This document shows, piece after piece, positions 10,801 through 19,606 of a stretch of DNA of 49,579 nt (the stretch's first letter is position 1; each line of letters starts with the position of its first letter). A program made the position numbers and the translations under genes. Under the pieces are notes generated by a model, which ran no database searches, was not told where the DNA came from, and was given only the letters and a program-made list of their open reading frames with translations. The DNA is from a virus (taxonomy: Duplodnaviria; Heunggongvirae; Uroviricota; Caudoviricetes). The stretch covers positions 64,067-113,645 of the IMG/VR virus record IMGVR_UViG_3300021354_000001. One strand, 5' to 3'.

Positions 10801-12903
10801 TATGAACCAGCTAAAAGATTATATGATTACATAATAGAAAGAAATAAATATAATGCATCTATAGGGTATTTAAGTAAACAAGATGCTGCTAGAACATTTC
10901 TACCATGGATACCTATGGGTATTGTTGAAACTTTAGCTGCTGGTGGAGATTTAAAGATGGCAGAAAACTTATTACAGCATATATCTATAGATAGTGATGA
11001 AGCAGGGTTCAGTAATTATGATCCACGTTCTGGAAAAGAAATTAATAGAATCCCTATATATTTTACTAAAGAAGTTAAAGGAAAAGCTGCAAGTGAAGAC
11101 ATATTTAAAATAATGGCATTATATAATGCTGCAGCAATTAGATTTAAATTCATGCAGGATATTGAAGGACAAGCATTATTACTTTCAGATATAGAAGAGA
11201 ATAAAGATTCTATTAATACATCATGGTTTGGTAGATCAAGAATAAAAAATGGCAAGTTAGATATCATTGAAGGAGATAACACTAGTAACTCTGATTTATT
11301 AAAAGCCATGATTAAGATAGTATTATATAATCAAAGATATTTAGGCACTGCTAACTTTGATGCTTTATTAGGAAAGATCGGTGACTGGGGCCAAAATGTT
11401 AATAAAGCTTTAGGAATTAATATATTTCCAGAAGGGCAAATTAGTCTTAATCAAACTGTACATGCTTTAAATAATTATTTTAGACTTAAAACATTAGGTA
11501 TTAGTATTTTATCACCTATGTCTAACCTATTAGGAGGTACATTCCAATCTATGATTAACTCTGAGAAATATTTTACTAGAGCAGATCATATGAAATATCA
11601 AATAATAACTGCTGGTAAATTATTTGGAATTAGTTTTGAAAATAGAGAAAAGATACTTAAAGCACTAGATTATTTTCTTCCTTATTCAGAAAACTATACA
11701 GCAGAATATGCTAGAGAGCTTTCTTTAAATAAATTAGATGGAGATAAAATAAACCATTTTATGATGGGGCTTATGTCTAAATCTGAAAAAAGTGTTCAGT
11801 TTACAAATTTTTTAAGTTTTATTAATAATACAATAATTAAAGATAGTGTAGTTTTTAATACTAGAGAGTATGTAAGAACACTTCCTGAGTTTAAAAATAT
11901 GTTTATTGGTTCTCAATCAGAACAATTAAATAGAAGAGAAGCTTTTGATAATGAAGTGGATAGACTTAATAAAGAATTTGGTATATTAAAACTTGGAGAA
12001 ATAATCAACAATCAATTTGTTATTCCTGGTATAGAAAGATCTTCTGATAATATTATTAAGTTAAGAACACAAATACAGCAAATTAATACAGATGCATTAG
12101 GTACTATGACAGAGTCTCAAAAAAGAATGCTAAATGCTATGATTTTAACAGATTCTGCAGCGATGTTTAAAGGATGGATTCCACGAATGGTTGATGTAAG
12201 ATTTGGTGATCTTAAATATAACTCAGCATCTCAAGCTTGGGAGTTTGGTAGAATGAGAACATTTGCTAATGAAGTTACTAAAAGAAATTTTTATACATTA
12301 GGTAACTTAAAAGGATTACTATCAGGAACTGTTACAGAAGAAGGATTTAAAAGAATGAAAGAAGATTATGAAAAGAAGAAAGAAGACTATGAAAAACAAA
12401 CAGGAAGAAAGTTTAATATGACTGAAGATGAATTCATGAACTTATATCACAGAAACTTAAGAGGATCTATATTTGATGTATTAGCTAGTCTTACGTTTCT
12501 TGGAATCTTCTTAGGACTTAAAGCTAATGAGCCAGATAAAAATCAGGATGCACAAATTAGAAATAGCTATAAGTTTATGTTAAAAGCAGCTGATAAGTTT
12601 AGAGATGAGCTTACATATTTCTATGATCCATCCAGTATTAGTGGGTTAATTAGTACAGGGATATTTCCTACATTTAAATTAGTTACAGATTTTGAAAAGC
12701 TATTAGCTAATTTTATGAAATATAATTGGGGATTAATTCATGGAAAAAGTTCAGAAGATATGAAAGATATACATTTTATTAAATATTTTATGAATGAGAT
12801 TCCAGGAGTTAACCAAATGCAACCATATTTAACAATGGCTGTTCCTGATGTAGCTAAAGTGATGGGTATTCAACCACAATCTCAGTCTGGATTTAATAGG
12901 TAA
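7876..12903 (+). CDS. Large virion internal (ejected cargo) protein with degenerate zincin-like segment and PD-(D/E)xK nuclease-like domain
   Basis: 1675 aa directly after the vRNAP; EEGMH..EEAIAK (8485-8499); E..TVDF..LLDWK motif (E at 9328, DWK at 9424-9432); long helical C-terminal region. Confidence 0.6.
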   Translation: MIGCQDGIQNAIRKYVEDKSYLRFDGKDFIEVLTSYKARVNPSNYYRVAESVAKKLNKDINTDLVLGKIFYPKQYSDGVGVIAAPTKEQLALLNAAGEAEYKQALDSLDEVMPKKDRLDLENNTSFGVNSEGDSMLQKPGTESSLASPETVNLVKDLLTRLGVDIKEVEKIYNNGVKQNANGIARLTQRLVEVIQGAEAKSLGEEGMHFVVAIIKQTNPQLYKQLLKEINSYDMLNRVYENYGTDPNYQLNGKPDVLKLKEEAIAKVLIEHIIDKNEGSTEKPENLAKTETWWQKIINFIKGLFAKNGFDKAAMDIITGKDIGTAADIREEAGRTFEQKKTGDSQTDTFDLIKEEESKMTPPDNTKKTPYTYNGKDVGLRTSDVIKEYYNDVFRGRKGGTDEEFAEAINSIYAETGTTWHAVQDSLVKNVFTDKDGYVREIEGDDSDYISNLDEIDRGIYTMLKDNMRDRIKSLNEDRKTRFLSEVMIINPKYGRAGLASTVDFMAIKSNGNIILLDWKFMKLNTDKYQDVQWYKIGAWNEQMDLIKNTLVKAYGINPNRFEQAMMIPIRANYSSVNKAKNILPRLLSIEIGDVNIKNIALDYLIPVGIESQSTGKDRIDRLLKSLNADYKAMANQPAIGFTAKSEKAEQMNAAFSAIRKLQMQQDIKPLLKQADILMYYIKKTINNYKTNWEGTDPFIYSDEVMSSFSDELRNHQASLNPYLTLNTALAELFENDLDKDQKELKTRLRDTVFEAADLMESLKETQIKFGENFLAAREGFDELAKADKIVRGMAWLFNSIPLIQTRGIQVFFAKENRTLALAAQEIFNQAEQLKSISKEYLPMATSKGLTRKNILDPIKKKDKHELIDEYNPEFYEQLKTKIEEGDIKWIRDNVDIDATKALLQERLDKELESVTNRGNAEGLSEDELNRKLDAKRREWDSSEKGAGWLQYYQVKQNPIRDKWESPEFKKLNSPGYEPAKRLYDYIIERNKYNASIGYLSKQDAARTFLPWIPMGIVETLAAGGDLKMAENLLQHISIDSDEAGFSNYDPRSGKEINRIPIYFTKEVKGKAASEDIFKIMALYNAAAIRFKFMQDIEGQALLLSDIEENKDSINTSWFGRSRIKNGKLDIIEGDNTSNSDLLKAMIKIVLYNQRYLGTANFDALLGKIGDWGQNVNKALGINIFPEGQISLNQTVHALNNYFRLKTLGISILSPMSNLLGGTFQSMINSEKYFTRADHMKYQIITAGKLFGISFENREKILKALDYFLPYSENYTAEYARELSLNKLDGDKINHFMMGLMSKSEKSVQFTNFLSFINNTIIKDSVVFNTREYVRTLPEFKNMFIGSQSEQLNRREAFDNEVDRLNKEFGILKLGEIINNQFVIPGIERSSDNIIKLRTQIQQINTDALGTMTESQKRMLNAMILTDSAAMFKGWIPRMVDVRFGDLKYNSASQAWEFGRMRTFANEVTKRNFYTLGNLKGLLSGTVTEEGFKRMKEDYEKKKEDYEKQTGRKFNMTEDEFMNLYHRNLRGSIFDVLASLTFLGIFLGLKANEPDKNQDAQIRNSYKFMLKAADKFRDELTYFYDPSSISGLISTGIFPTFKLVTDFEKLLANFMKYNWGLIHGKSSEDMKDIHFIKYFMNEIPGVNQMQPYLTMAVPDVAKVMGIQPQSQSGFNR

Positions 12904-12973
12904 TAAAAGCTAGACTAATGCTATATTATGTAGCATAGTTTTATATAATACATTGAAACTAAATTAAATTCGT

Positions 12974-12981
12974 TACTTTTG
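12974..12981 (+). promoter_or_regulatory. Bacteroidota sigma-A -7 element (TACTTTTG) upstream of the fibre gene
   Basis: Matches TAnnTTTG in a 170-nt intergenic gap; no clear -33 TTTG. Confidence 0.55.
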
Positions 12982-12986
12982 CGTAT

Positions 12987-13020
12987 ATAGGTGTATATTG
13001 TTAGGATGTACACCTATTTT
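12987..13020 (+). terminator. Stem-loop with short U tract (terminator or 5' leader hairpin)
   Basis: ATAGGTGTATA / TGTACACCTAT 11-bp stem (one G-U pair), 9-nt loop, then TTT. Confidence 0.45.
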
Positions 13021-13074
13021 GCATACCACATAGCTGTGTGTTAATTATTTATACATTTTGATTATTTAATATAT

Positions 13075-16000
13075 ATGGAAATTAATTGCTCCGTTGAACC
13101 ATGTCCAGTGATACTAAATGCTACCTGCGTATTTTATGAAGGTGCTAACTTAGTATATACAGGTATCAATACAAATGATAGTGTCCAAACTGCTCTACAA
13201 AAAATAGATGCTAAGTTTGGTGATGCTGCCATTGGATATATATTTCAAAATGGTATAATACAAACTGGTCCAGGATTACCTGTACAACTAGGTGGAACCT
13301 TGATACAGAACACAGTGATTCTTAGTGGTGGTTATACATTTAAGATTACAGATTCTATTGAGTCTGGTGCATTAATAACAACAGGTGGTACATCTTCTGA
13401 TTTTGTAAAAGGAGATGGTAGTCTTGATCCTGGTCCATATCAACCTTCTGGTAATTATATATCAGCTCTAACAGGAGATGGTACAGCCACAGGTCCTGGT
13501 TCTAGTGTATTCACACTAGCTAGTGTAAATCCTAATCCTGGTACTTATGGAACAGCAACACAAGTTCCTATAGTAACAGTGAATACAAAAGGACTTGTAA
13601 CAAACATCACTCCTGTAACTATAACAGTTCCTTCAGGTATACTTATATTTGTGGGTGATGTAACAGGAATAGGTGTAACAGGTTCTCCTACAACACTAAC
13701 ATTAGCAAATGTTAATAGTAATATATATGGTGGTAATACATTCTTAAAATTCTCAGTGAATGCTAAAGGATTAGTTACATCAGCTACTCCTGTAGGCAGT
13801 TTAGATATTATATCTGCATTAGGATATACTCCTGTTCCAACAACTAGAACATTAACAATTAATGGTGTTACACAAAACTTAGCAGCTAATAGAAGTTGGG
13901 TTATCCCAGCAGGAACTAGTGGTACGTCTGGTACATCTGGTACATCAGGAACTAGTGGTTCTTCTGGAACTACAGGAACTAGTGGAAGCAGTGGTACAAG
14001 TGCAACAAGTGGAACTAGTGGCTCTAGTGGTTCTAGCGGTACTAGTGGTACAGATGGTACAAGTGGTACAACAGGTAGCTCAGGTACTTCAGGTTCATCA
14101 GGAACTAGTGGAACTACTGGTTCATCTGGAACTAGTGGAACTACTGGCACATCAGGAACTACAGGTACAAGTGGAAGCTCTGGTACATCAGGTTCTTCAG
14201 GAACTTCTGGTACTACAGGTACATCAGGAACATCTGGTACTAGTGGAAGCTCAGGTACTACAGGTACTAGTGGTAGTAGTGGAACTTCAGGATCAAGTGG
14301 AACAGCAGGAACAACAGGTACATCAGGTACATCAGGTACTGATGGAACAGGAGGAACCTCTGGTACAACTGGTACTAGTGGCTCTAGTGGAACATCAGGA
14401 TCTAGTGGCACATCAGGATCTAGTGGAACAAGTGGTACTAGTGGTACAAACGGAACTGGTGGTACATCAGGTACAACAGGAACTAGTGGTAGTTCAGGAA
14501 CCACTGGAACTAGTGGTTCTAGTGGTAGTTCAGGTACTAATGGTACAGGAGGTACTAGTGGAACATCTGGCTCTAGTGGAACTAGTGGCACCACTGGTAC
14601 ATCTGGAACAAGTGGTACCAATGGTACAGGTGGTACATCTGGAACAAGCGGAACTAGTGGTAGCTCTGGAACTACAGGTACAAGTGGAACTACAGGTACA
14701 AGTGGATCTAGTGGAACAAGTGCAACTAGTGGAACAAGTGGAACCGATGGTACAGGAGGAACTTCTGGCACATCAGGTACAACAGGCTCTAGTGGTTCTA
14801 GTGGAACAACAGGAACTAGTGGCTCAAGTGGAACTAGTGGAAGCTCAGGTACAAGTGGTACAACAGGAACATCAGGCTCAACAGGAACAAGTGGTAGCTC
14901 TGGAACAAGTGGAACTGATGGAACAGGTGGTACAAGTGGTACTGCTGGTACATCAGGAACAAGTGCTACATCAGGTACTAGTGGTTCAACAGGAACTAGT
15001 GGTAGCAGTGGTACTACAGGAACCTCTGGTTCAAGTGGAACAACAGGCACTAGTGGTACAAGCGGAACAGCAGGTACTTCAGGTATCAATGGTGTATCTG
15101 GAGGTCAAGTATATTGGATTAACCAATCAGTTGCAGCAAGTCCTGCAGTAAATACAGATAGACAATTATCACCAACACCAACAAGTACAACAACTCAAAC
15201 TGTTACTTCAACTATTGCAAGTGGTGCATCTAGTATTATAAATACATATATCACAGATGGCGGTGTACCAGGATTAACAAGTCTTTCAGGAGGTAACTGG
15301 GGATTTACTACTCATTTTACAATACAAAATAGTAATTCATCTTTTGATGTATATGGTAAGGTATATAAATATACAATTGGAGGAGTAAGTACATTATTAG
15401 GAACAACAAACTTAGTTCCAATAGCTTATAGTACACTTGTACAACAATTTTTCTATGATACATTTGTTGCTGGTCAAAGTTTAGCTTCAACAGACAGAAT
15501 ATATATAGAATTATGGGCAACCAATACTTCTAATCAATCTCACACAATAACTTTCTATACAGAGGATGGTTCTTACTATTCTTATGTACAAACAACATTC
15601 ACAGCTCCTTCTGGTACTAGTGGTACTTCTGGTACTTCTGGTGTTGGTGGAACTAGTGGCTCAAGTGGTACATCTGGCTCTACAGGAACTAGCGGTAGTA
15701 GTGGGGTGAGTGGTTCTAGTGGAACAACAGGCACAAGTGGAACAACAGGTACAAGTGGTTCATCAGGATCTAGTGGAACTTCTGCTACCAATGGTACAGG
15801 AGGTACATCAGGTACAAGTGGAACTACAGGTTCTAGTGGATCTTCAGGTACAACAGGAACAAGTGGTAGCTCTGGAACTTCTGCAACAAGTGGAACTAGT
15901 GGTACAACTGGCACATCTGGTTCTAGTGGAACTTCAGCTACATCAGGAACATCTGGTACTAATGGTACAGGTGGAACAAGCGGTACTAGTGGCACAACAG

Positions 16001-18819
16001 GAACATCAGGAACTACTGGAAGTTCTGGTACAAGTGGTATTAATGGAACATCAGGAACTTCTGGTTCTACAGGAACATCAGGTAGTTCAGGAACAAGTGG
16101 TACTTCTGGAATTAATGGTACATCAGGATCTTCAGGCAGTAGTGGAATTAATGGTACATCGGGTTCTTCAGGAACTAGTGGTATAAATGGAACTAATGGC
16201 ACATCAGGTAGCTCTGGTATAAATGGAACTAGTGGTACATCAGGAACATCTGGTACCACTGGTACAAGTGGATCTAGTGGTCTTAGTGGTTCTAGTGGAA
16301 CTTCTGGAACAACAGGTACTAGTGGTTCTTCTGGAACTTCTGGAACATCAGGAACTTCTGGAACAACAGGAACAAGTGGTACAAGTGGAACCAATGGAAC
16401 AGGTGGTACATCAGGAACCACAGGAACATCAGGCTCTAGTGGTACATCAGCTACAAGTGGCACCTCTGGTACAACAGGAACTTCTGGAACTAGCGGAGTT
16501 AATGGAACAAGTGGTAGCACTGGTACATCAGGAACAAGTGGAACTTCTGGTACTAGTGGAACCAATGCTTACTTTAGTGGTACACTTAATTATGTAGCTA
16601 AATTTACAGGTAGTGGAACAACAATAGGTAATAGTTTATTATTTGATAATGGTAGTGGTGTAACAGTGGGGAGTGCAACAGTGGTTAGGGCATTTAATAT
16701 TTATTCTGCCACTGCTGATAACCAATTATTAATAGCTGGACCTGCTCCTTCAGTTTCTTTAGCTGATGCATTAACAGGTGCTACCTACCAAGCAAAATTT
16801 GGTTTAGCCACAGGTGTAAATCAATTTGTAACCAATTCAGTTGCAGGTGATTTTGCTATTTCTTCACAAGGAACAAGTAATATCTTATTTGGTATTAATG
16901 GAGTAGAGGCAATGCGTGTTTTTGGTTCTACCAAGAATGTAAGCATAGGTGGAAATTCTACCGATTTAGGATTTAAATTGTATGTAAATGGTACATCAAA
17001 TATAACAGGTCAATTAAAATTAGGCTCTACAATTACCAATGGTACATATACCTATACCCTTCCTTCTGCAACAGGTACTTTGGCTTTAACTAGTGATATA
17101 CCAAGTGGTGCAATTACAGGAAGTGGAACTACCAACTACCTACCTAAATTTACAGGTGCAAGTACAATAGGGAATAGTTTAGTTTATGATAATGGAGCAA
17201 ATGCCGTTGCGGTTGGAACAAATAGCCCAAATGATTTTGGAGGTTCTTTTAAAATATTAGAAGTAAGAGGAACTAGTGGAGGTTATTTATTAGCATCAAA
17301 TTCAGATAACAGTACTATTGCACAAGTTGGTGTAGGTACAGGTATTGCATATTATGGATTAAGAACAGTTGGTAGTATTGCTTTTACTATTAATAGTTCT
17401 GAAAAAATGCGTCTTGACGCTTCAGGCAATTTAGGATTAGGAGTTACACCGAGTGCGTGGGGAAGTACACAAAAAGCTATTGAAGTTAATGGAGCAACAA
17501 TGTTTGGAGGAGGAGGATACAATGCCTATTATACTTCTAATGCATATTATAATGCAGGTTGGAAATATATAAATGCAGGTTCTTATGCTGCTGCGTTATA
17601 TGCAAGTGAAAATGGTTCTCACAATTGGTCGGTAGCAGCAGCAGGAACGGCAGGTAACGCTATATCCTTTACCCAAGCAATGACCTTGTTTAGTGATGGT
17701 AATTTACTTTTAACAAATAGTACAGTTACTAATGCAGGCTACAAACTAGATGTTAATGGTACAGGAAGGTTTAGTGGGGCATTAACAGGTACAACGGGTA
17801 GTTTTTCTAGTACAATGAATGCCGATTCTTATGGAATGGCAGGTGTTGCACAAGCAATGACTTGGACAACTAATACTTTAAGATTAGGACAAGGAAGTTA
17901 TTGGAATAATATAGAATTATGGGATGGTAGTGCTATTAGATTGAAAGTAGCAAGTGGTGGTAATGTAGGTATAGGAACAAGTAGTCCTAATGACCTTTTA
18001 CATATTAATGGAAGTGGCATTATAAAAATGCAAATACAAGGTAGTACAGAAGCACAATTAAGATTAAATAGTGGCTATGGTCAAATATCAAATGTAAGCG
18101 GAGATTTATATTATACTATTGAATCAGCATCGGGTAGCCAAATATTTAGGACAGGTTCTTCTACCGAAAGAATGCGTATTACAAGTGATGGTAAATTACT
18201 TTTGGGTACTTCAACGGCAGCAACATACTTACTAGATGTTAATGGTACAGGAAGGTTTAGTGGGCAAGTAAGATTTGGAACAGGTTTATATATTGAAACT
18301 AATGGTGATTTTTACCAACCATTTACAGGACAAATACAAATATCAGGAGTAGCAGGAAATACGACATATCCATCTTATGGCTTTTATGGAAATACAGGTA
18401 TAGGTATGTATAGAGAAAGTGCTGATGTTTTAGCATTTGTTACAAGTGGGGTTAAAAGACTTACCATATCATCCACAGGAGCAGCTACATTTAGTAGTAC
18501 AGTTACCGCTACTCAATTTAAGACAGGTGAAATGGTATATAGTGCTAATCAAATATATAGAAATAGTGCTAGTGAAATGTATGTAAACTATTCAGGTACA
18601 GGAGTAACGCATGTAGGAAATCCAACATCAGGACTTAGTTTTTATGGAACCGCAATATTTAGTAGTACAATAAAGACAGAAGCACCTACAACAGCACTAG
18701 CAGGAGCAATGAAATTTGGAGCAAGACAAGCAGGTCTAGCAGTAACACCAGCAGGATATTGGACAGTAAATATTGACGGAACAGATTATTATATTAACTT
18801 ATTTAACACATCACCATAA
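13075..18819 (+). CDS. Long tail/head fibre protein with two Gly-Thr-Ser repeat tracts and a modular beta-rich distal region
   Basis: 1914 aa; Cys-rich N-terminus; (G-T/S-S/T)n tracts; fibre-type repeats such as GNVGIGTSSP, ERMRITSDG, LDVNGTGRFSG. Confidence 0.8.
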   Translation: MEINCSVEPCPVILNATCVFYEGANLVYTGINTNDSVQTALQKIDAKFGDAAIGYIFQNGIIQTGPGLPVQLGGTLIQNTVILSGGYTFKITDSIESGALITTGGTSSDFVKGDGSLDPGPYQPSGNYISALTGDGTATGPGSSVFTLASVNPNPGTYGTATQVPIVTVNTKGLVTNITPVTITVPSGILIFVGDVTGIGVTGSPTTLTLANVNSNIYGGNTFLKFSVNAKGLVTSATPVGSLDIISALGYTPVPTTRTLTINGVTQNLAANRSWVIPAGTSGTSGTSGTSGTSGSSGTTGTSGSSGTSATSGTSGSSGSSGTSGTDGTSGTTGSSGTSGSSGTSGTTGSSGTSGTTGTSGTTGTSGSSGTSGSSGTSGTTGTSGTSGTSGSSGTTGTSGSSGTSGSSGTAGTTGTSGTSGTDGTGGTSGTTGTSGSSGTSGSSGTSGSSGTSGTSGTNGTGGTSGTTGTSGSSGTTGTSGSSGSSGTNGTGGTSGTSGSSGTSGTTGTSGTSGTNGTGGTSGTSGTSGSSGTTGTSGTTGTSGSSGTSATSGTSGTDGTGGTSGTSGTTGSSGSSGTTGTSGSSGTSGSSGTSGTTGTSGSTGTSGSSGTSGTDGTGGTSGTAGTSGTSATSGTSGSTGTSGSSGTTGTSGSSGTTGTSGTSGTAGTSGINGVSGGQVYWINQSVAASPAVNTDRQLSPTPTSTTTQTVTSTIASGASSIINTYITDGGVPGLTSLSGGNWGFTTHFTIQNSNSSFDVYGKVYKYTIGGVSTLLGTTNLVPIAYSTLVQQFFYDTFVAGQSLASTDRIYIELWATNTSNQSHTITFYTEDGSYYSYVQTTFTAPSGTSGTSGTSGVGGTSGSSGTSGSTGTSGSSGVSGSSGTTGTSGTTGTSGSSGSSGTSATNGTGGTSGTSGTTGSSGSSGTTGTSGSSGTSATSGTSGTTGTSGSSGTSATSGTSGTNGTGGTSGTSGTTGTSGTTGSSGTSGINGTSGTSGSTGTSGSSGTSGTSGINGTSGSSGSSGINGTSGSSGTSGINGTNGTSGSSGINGTSGTSGTSGTTGTSGSSGLSGSSGTSGTTGTSGSSGTSGTSGTSGTTGTSGTSGTNGTGGTSGTTGTSGSSGTSATSGTSGTTGTSGTSGVNGTSGSTGTSGTSGTSGTSGTNAYFSGTLNYVAKFTGSGTTIGNSLLFDNGSGVTVGSATVVRAFNIYSATADNQLLIAGPAPSVSLADALTGATYQAKFGLATGVNQFVTNSVAGDFAISSQGTSNILFGINGVEAMRVFGSTKNVSIGGNSTDLGFKLYVNGTSNITGQLKLGSTITNGTYTYTLPSATGTLALTSDIPSGAITGSGTTNYLPKFTGASTIGNSLVYDNGANAVAVGTNSPNDFGGSFKILEVRGTSGGYLLASNSDNSTIAQVGVGTGIAYYGLRTVGSIAFTINSSEKMRLDASGNLGLGVTPSAWGSTQKAIEVNGATMFGGGGYNAYYTSNAYYNAGWKYINAGSYAAALYASENGSHNWSVAAAGTAGNAISFTQAMTLFSDGNLLLTNSTVTNAGYKLDVNGTGRFSGALTGTTGSFSSTMNADSYGMAGVAQAMTWTTNTLRLGQGSYWNNIELWDGSAIRLKVASGGNVGIGTSSPNDLLHINGSGIIKMQIQGSTEAQLRLNSGYGQISNVSGDLYYTIESASGSQIFRTGSSTERMRITSDGKLLLGTSTAATYLLDVNGTGRFSGQVRFGTGLYIETNGDFYQPFTGQIQISGVAGNTTYPSYGFYGNTGIGMYRESADVLAFVTSGVKRLTISSTGAATFSSTVTATQFKTGEMVYSANQIYRNSASEMYVNYSGTGVTHVGNPTSGLSFYGTAIFSSTIKTEAPTTALAGAMKFGARQAGLAVTPAGYWTVNIDGTDYYINLFNTSP
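13912..15102 (+). repeat. Degenerate 9-bp tandem repeat encoding G-X-X (GTS/GSS/GTT) tract 1
   Basis: Gly almost every third residue; synonymous positions highly varied. Confidence 0.95.
15613..16566 (+). repeat. Degenerate 9-bp tandem repeat encoding G-X-X tract 2
   Basis: Same pattern as tract 1, with added GIN/NGT units. Confidence 0.95.
17745..18264 (+). repeat. Perfect 34-nt direct repeat (17745-17778 and 18231-18264) in the fibre gene
   Basis: ACTAGATGTTAATGGTACAGGAAGGTTTAGTGGG twice, encoding LDVNGTGRFSG. Confidence 0.9.
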
Positions 18820-18831
18820 AAAAATAAAATT

Positions 18832-19215
18832 ATGAAATTAATTCAACCAGTAACTTCTTGGGCAAATGGGCAATCCGTAGAAGCAAAAATTTTAAATGCC
18901 TATTCAATAAATGACAACTTAGTAAATTCAGCTAATTTCTACTATGCTCTTTTAGAAGAGAATGCAGATGAAAGCGTAGGTGCAATGGTAGCACAAGGAA
19001 ATCTTACAATGACAGGAGATGATTATACAAATTATGAAACTAACCTTTATGCTTGGGATTGGGTAGCAGCACAATTAAATCTTACTATCATAGGCGATTA
19101 TGTCCCACCAGTACCAAGTACAACAACCACAACAACTGAAGCTCCAGTGGAAACAACAACAACTACCACCACCACTGAAGAACCATTAACCACCACTACT
19201 ACTACTACTATTTAA
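18832..19215 (+). CDS. Fibre-associated small protein with mucin-like poly-Thr C-terminal tail
   Basis: Follows the fibre gene; ends PSTTTTTTEAPVETTTTTTTTEEPLTTTTTTTI. Confidence 0.7.
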   Translation: MKLIQPVTSWANGQSVEAKILNAYSINDNLVNSANFYYALLEENADESVGAMVAQGNLTMTGDDYTNYETNLYAWDWVAAQLNLTIIGDYVPPVPSTTTTTTEAPVETTTTTTTTEEPLTTTTTTTI

Positions 19216-19220
19216 AATAA

Positions 19221-19252
19221 TTTGGTAAATTAAATTATTTAAAATAGCTTTG
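19221..19252 (+). promoter_or_regulatory. Bacteroidota-type promoter (-33 TTTG, -7 TAGCTTTG)
   Basis: TTTG 19221-19224 and TAGCTTTG 19245-19252. Confidence 0.7.
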
Positions 19253-19270
19253 TAGGAAAATCAAAACATT

Positions 19271-19606
19271 ATGAAAACAGTTAAATTAAAGGTGATTAAA
19301 GAAAACATTGGTGGTAGAGATACAATCTTAACTACATATGATCTACTTAAATCAACAATAAACAACCCAAAAGAGGGTGGTTTTAATGTAGATGAAATGA
19401 TTAAAAGATTAAGACTTCTTGAGAAATTAGATGCTCATAAAGAAACATTCTCAATAAAAGAAGCTGATCTTGAAAACTCTTTAGCTATAACAGCAGAACT
19501 TTCTCTTGAAGATGCTGATTACAATGATTTAAAAGAGCTTTTAAAAGGTATGAAATGGGGAGTTATCTCTCAAGCTATTGTTGATTTAGCTAACGAGTTT
19601 AAATAG
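19271..19606 (+). CDS. Hypothetical protein (possible fibre chaperone)
   Basis: 111-aa helical ORF with A-rich start, downstream of the fibre genes. Confidence 0.6.
   Translation: MKTVKLKVIKENIGGRDTILTTYDLLKSTINNPKEGGFNVDEMIKRLRLLEKLDAHKETFSIKEADLENSLAITAELSLEDADYNDLKELLKGMKWGVISQAIVDLANEFK

Noticed and set aside
2305-11309. Short antisense ORFs inside the two giant genes, and similar short opposite-strand ORFs within the - strand block
   Set aside because: No motifs, fully nested, with the composition expected from the reverse of AT-rich coding sequence
13912-16566. Possible CRISPR array or satellite DNA
   Set aside because: No constant repeat with unique spacers; variation is confined to synonymous positions of an in-frame 9-bp unit
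13545-16597. Long antisense (Pro-Leu-Val-rich) and +1-frame (Val-Leu-Gln-rich) ORFs: 13545-15089, 13919-15151, 15582-16565, 15710-16186, 16223-16597
   Set aside because: Gly/Thr/Ser codons cannot generate stops in those frames, so they are shadows of the GTS repeat
17745-18264. 34-nt repeat as a diversity-generating retroelement TR/VR pair
   Set aside because: The copies are identical (no adenine-specific mismatches), short and both in frame; no reverse transcriptase is in the window
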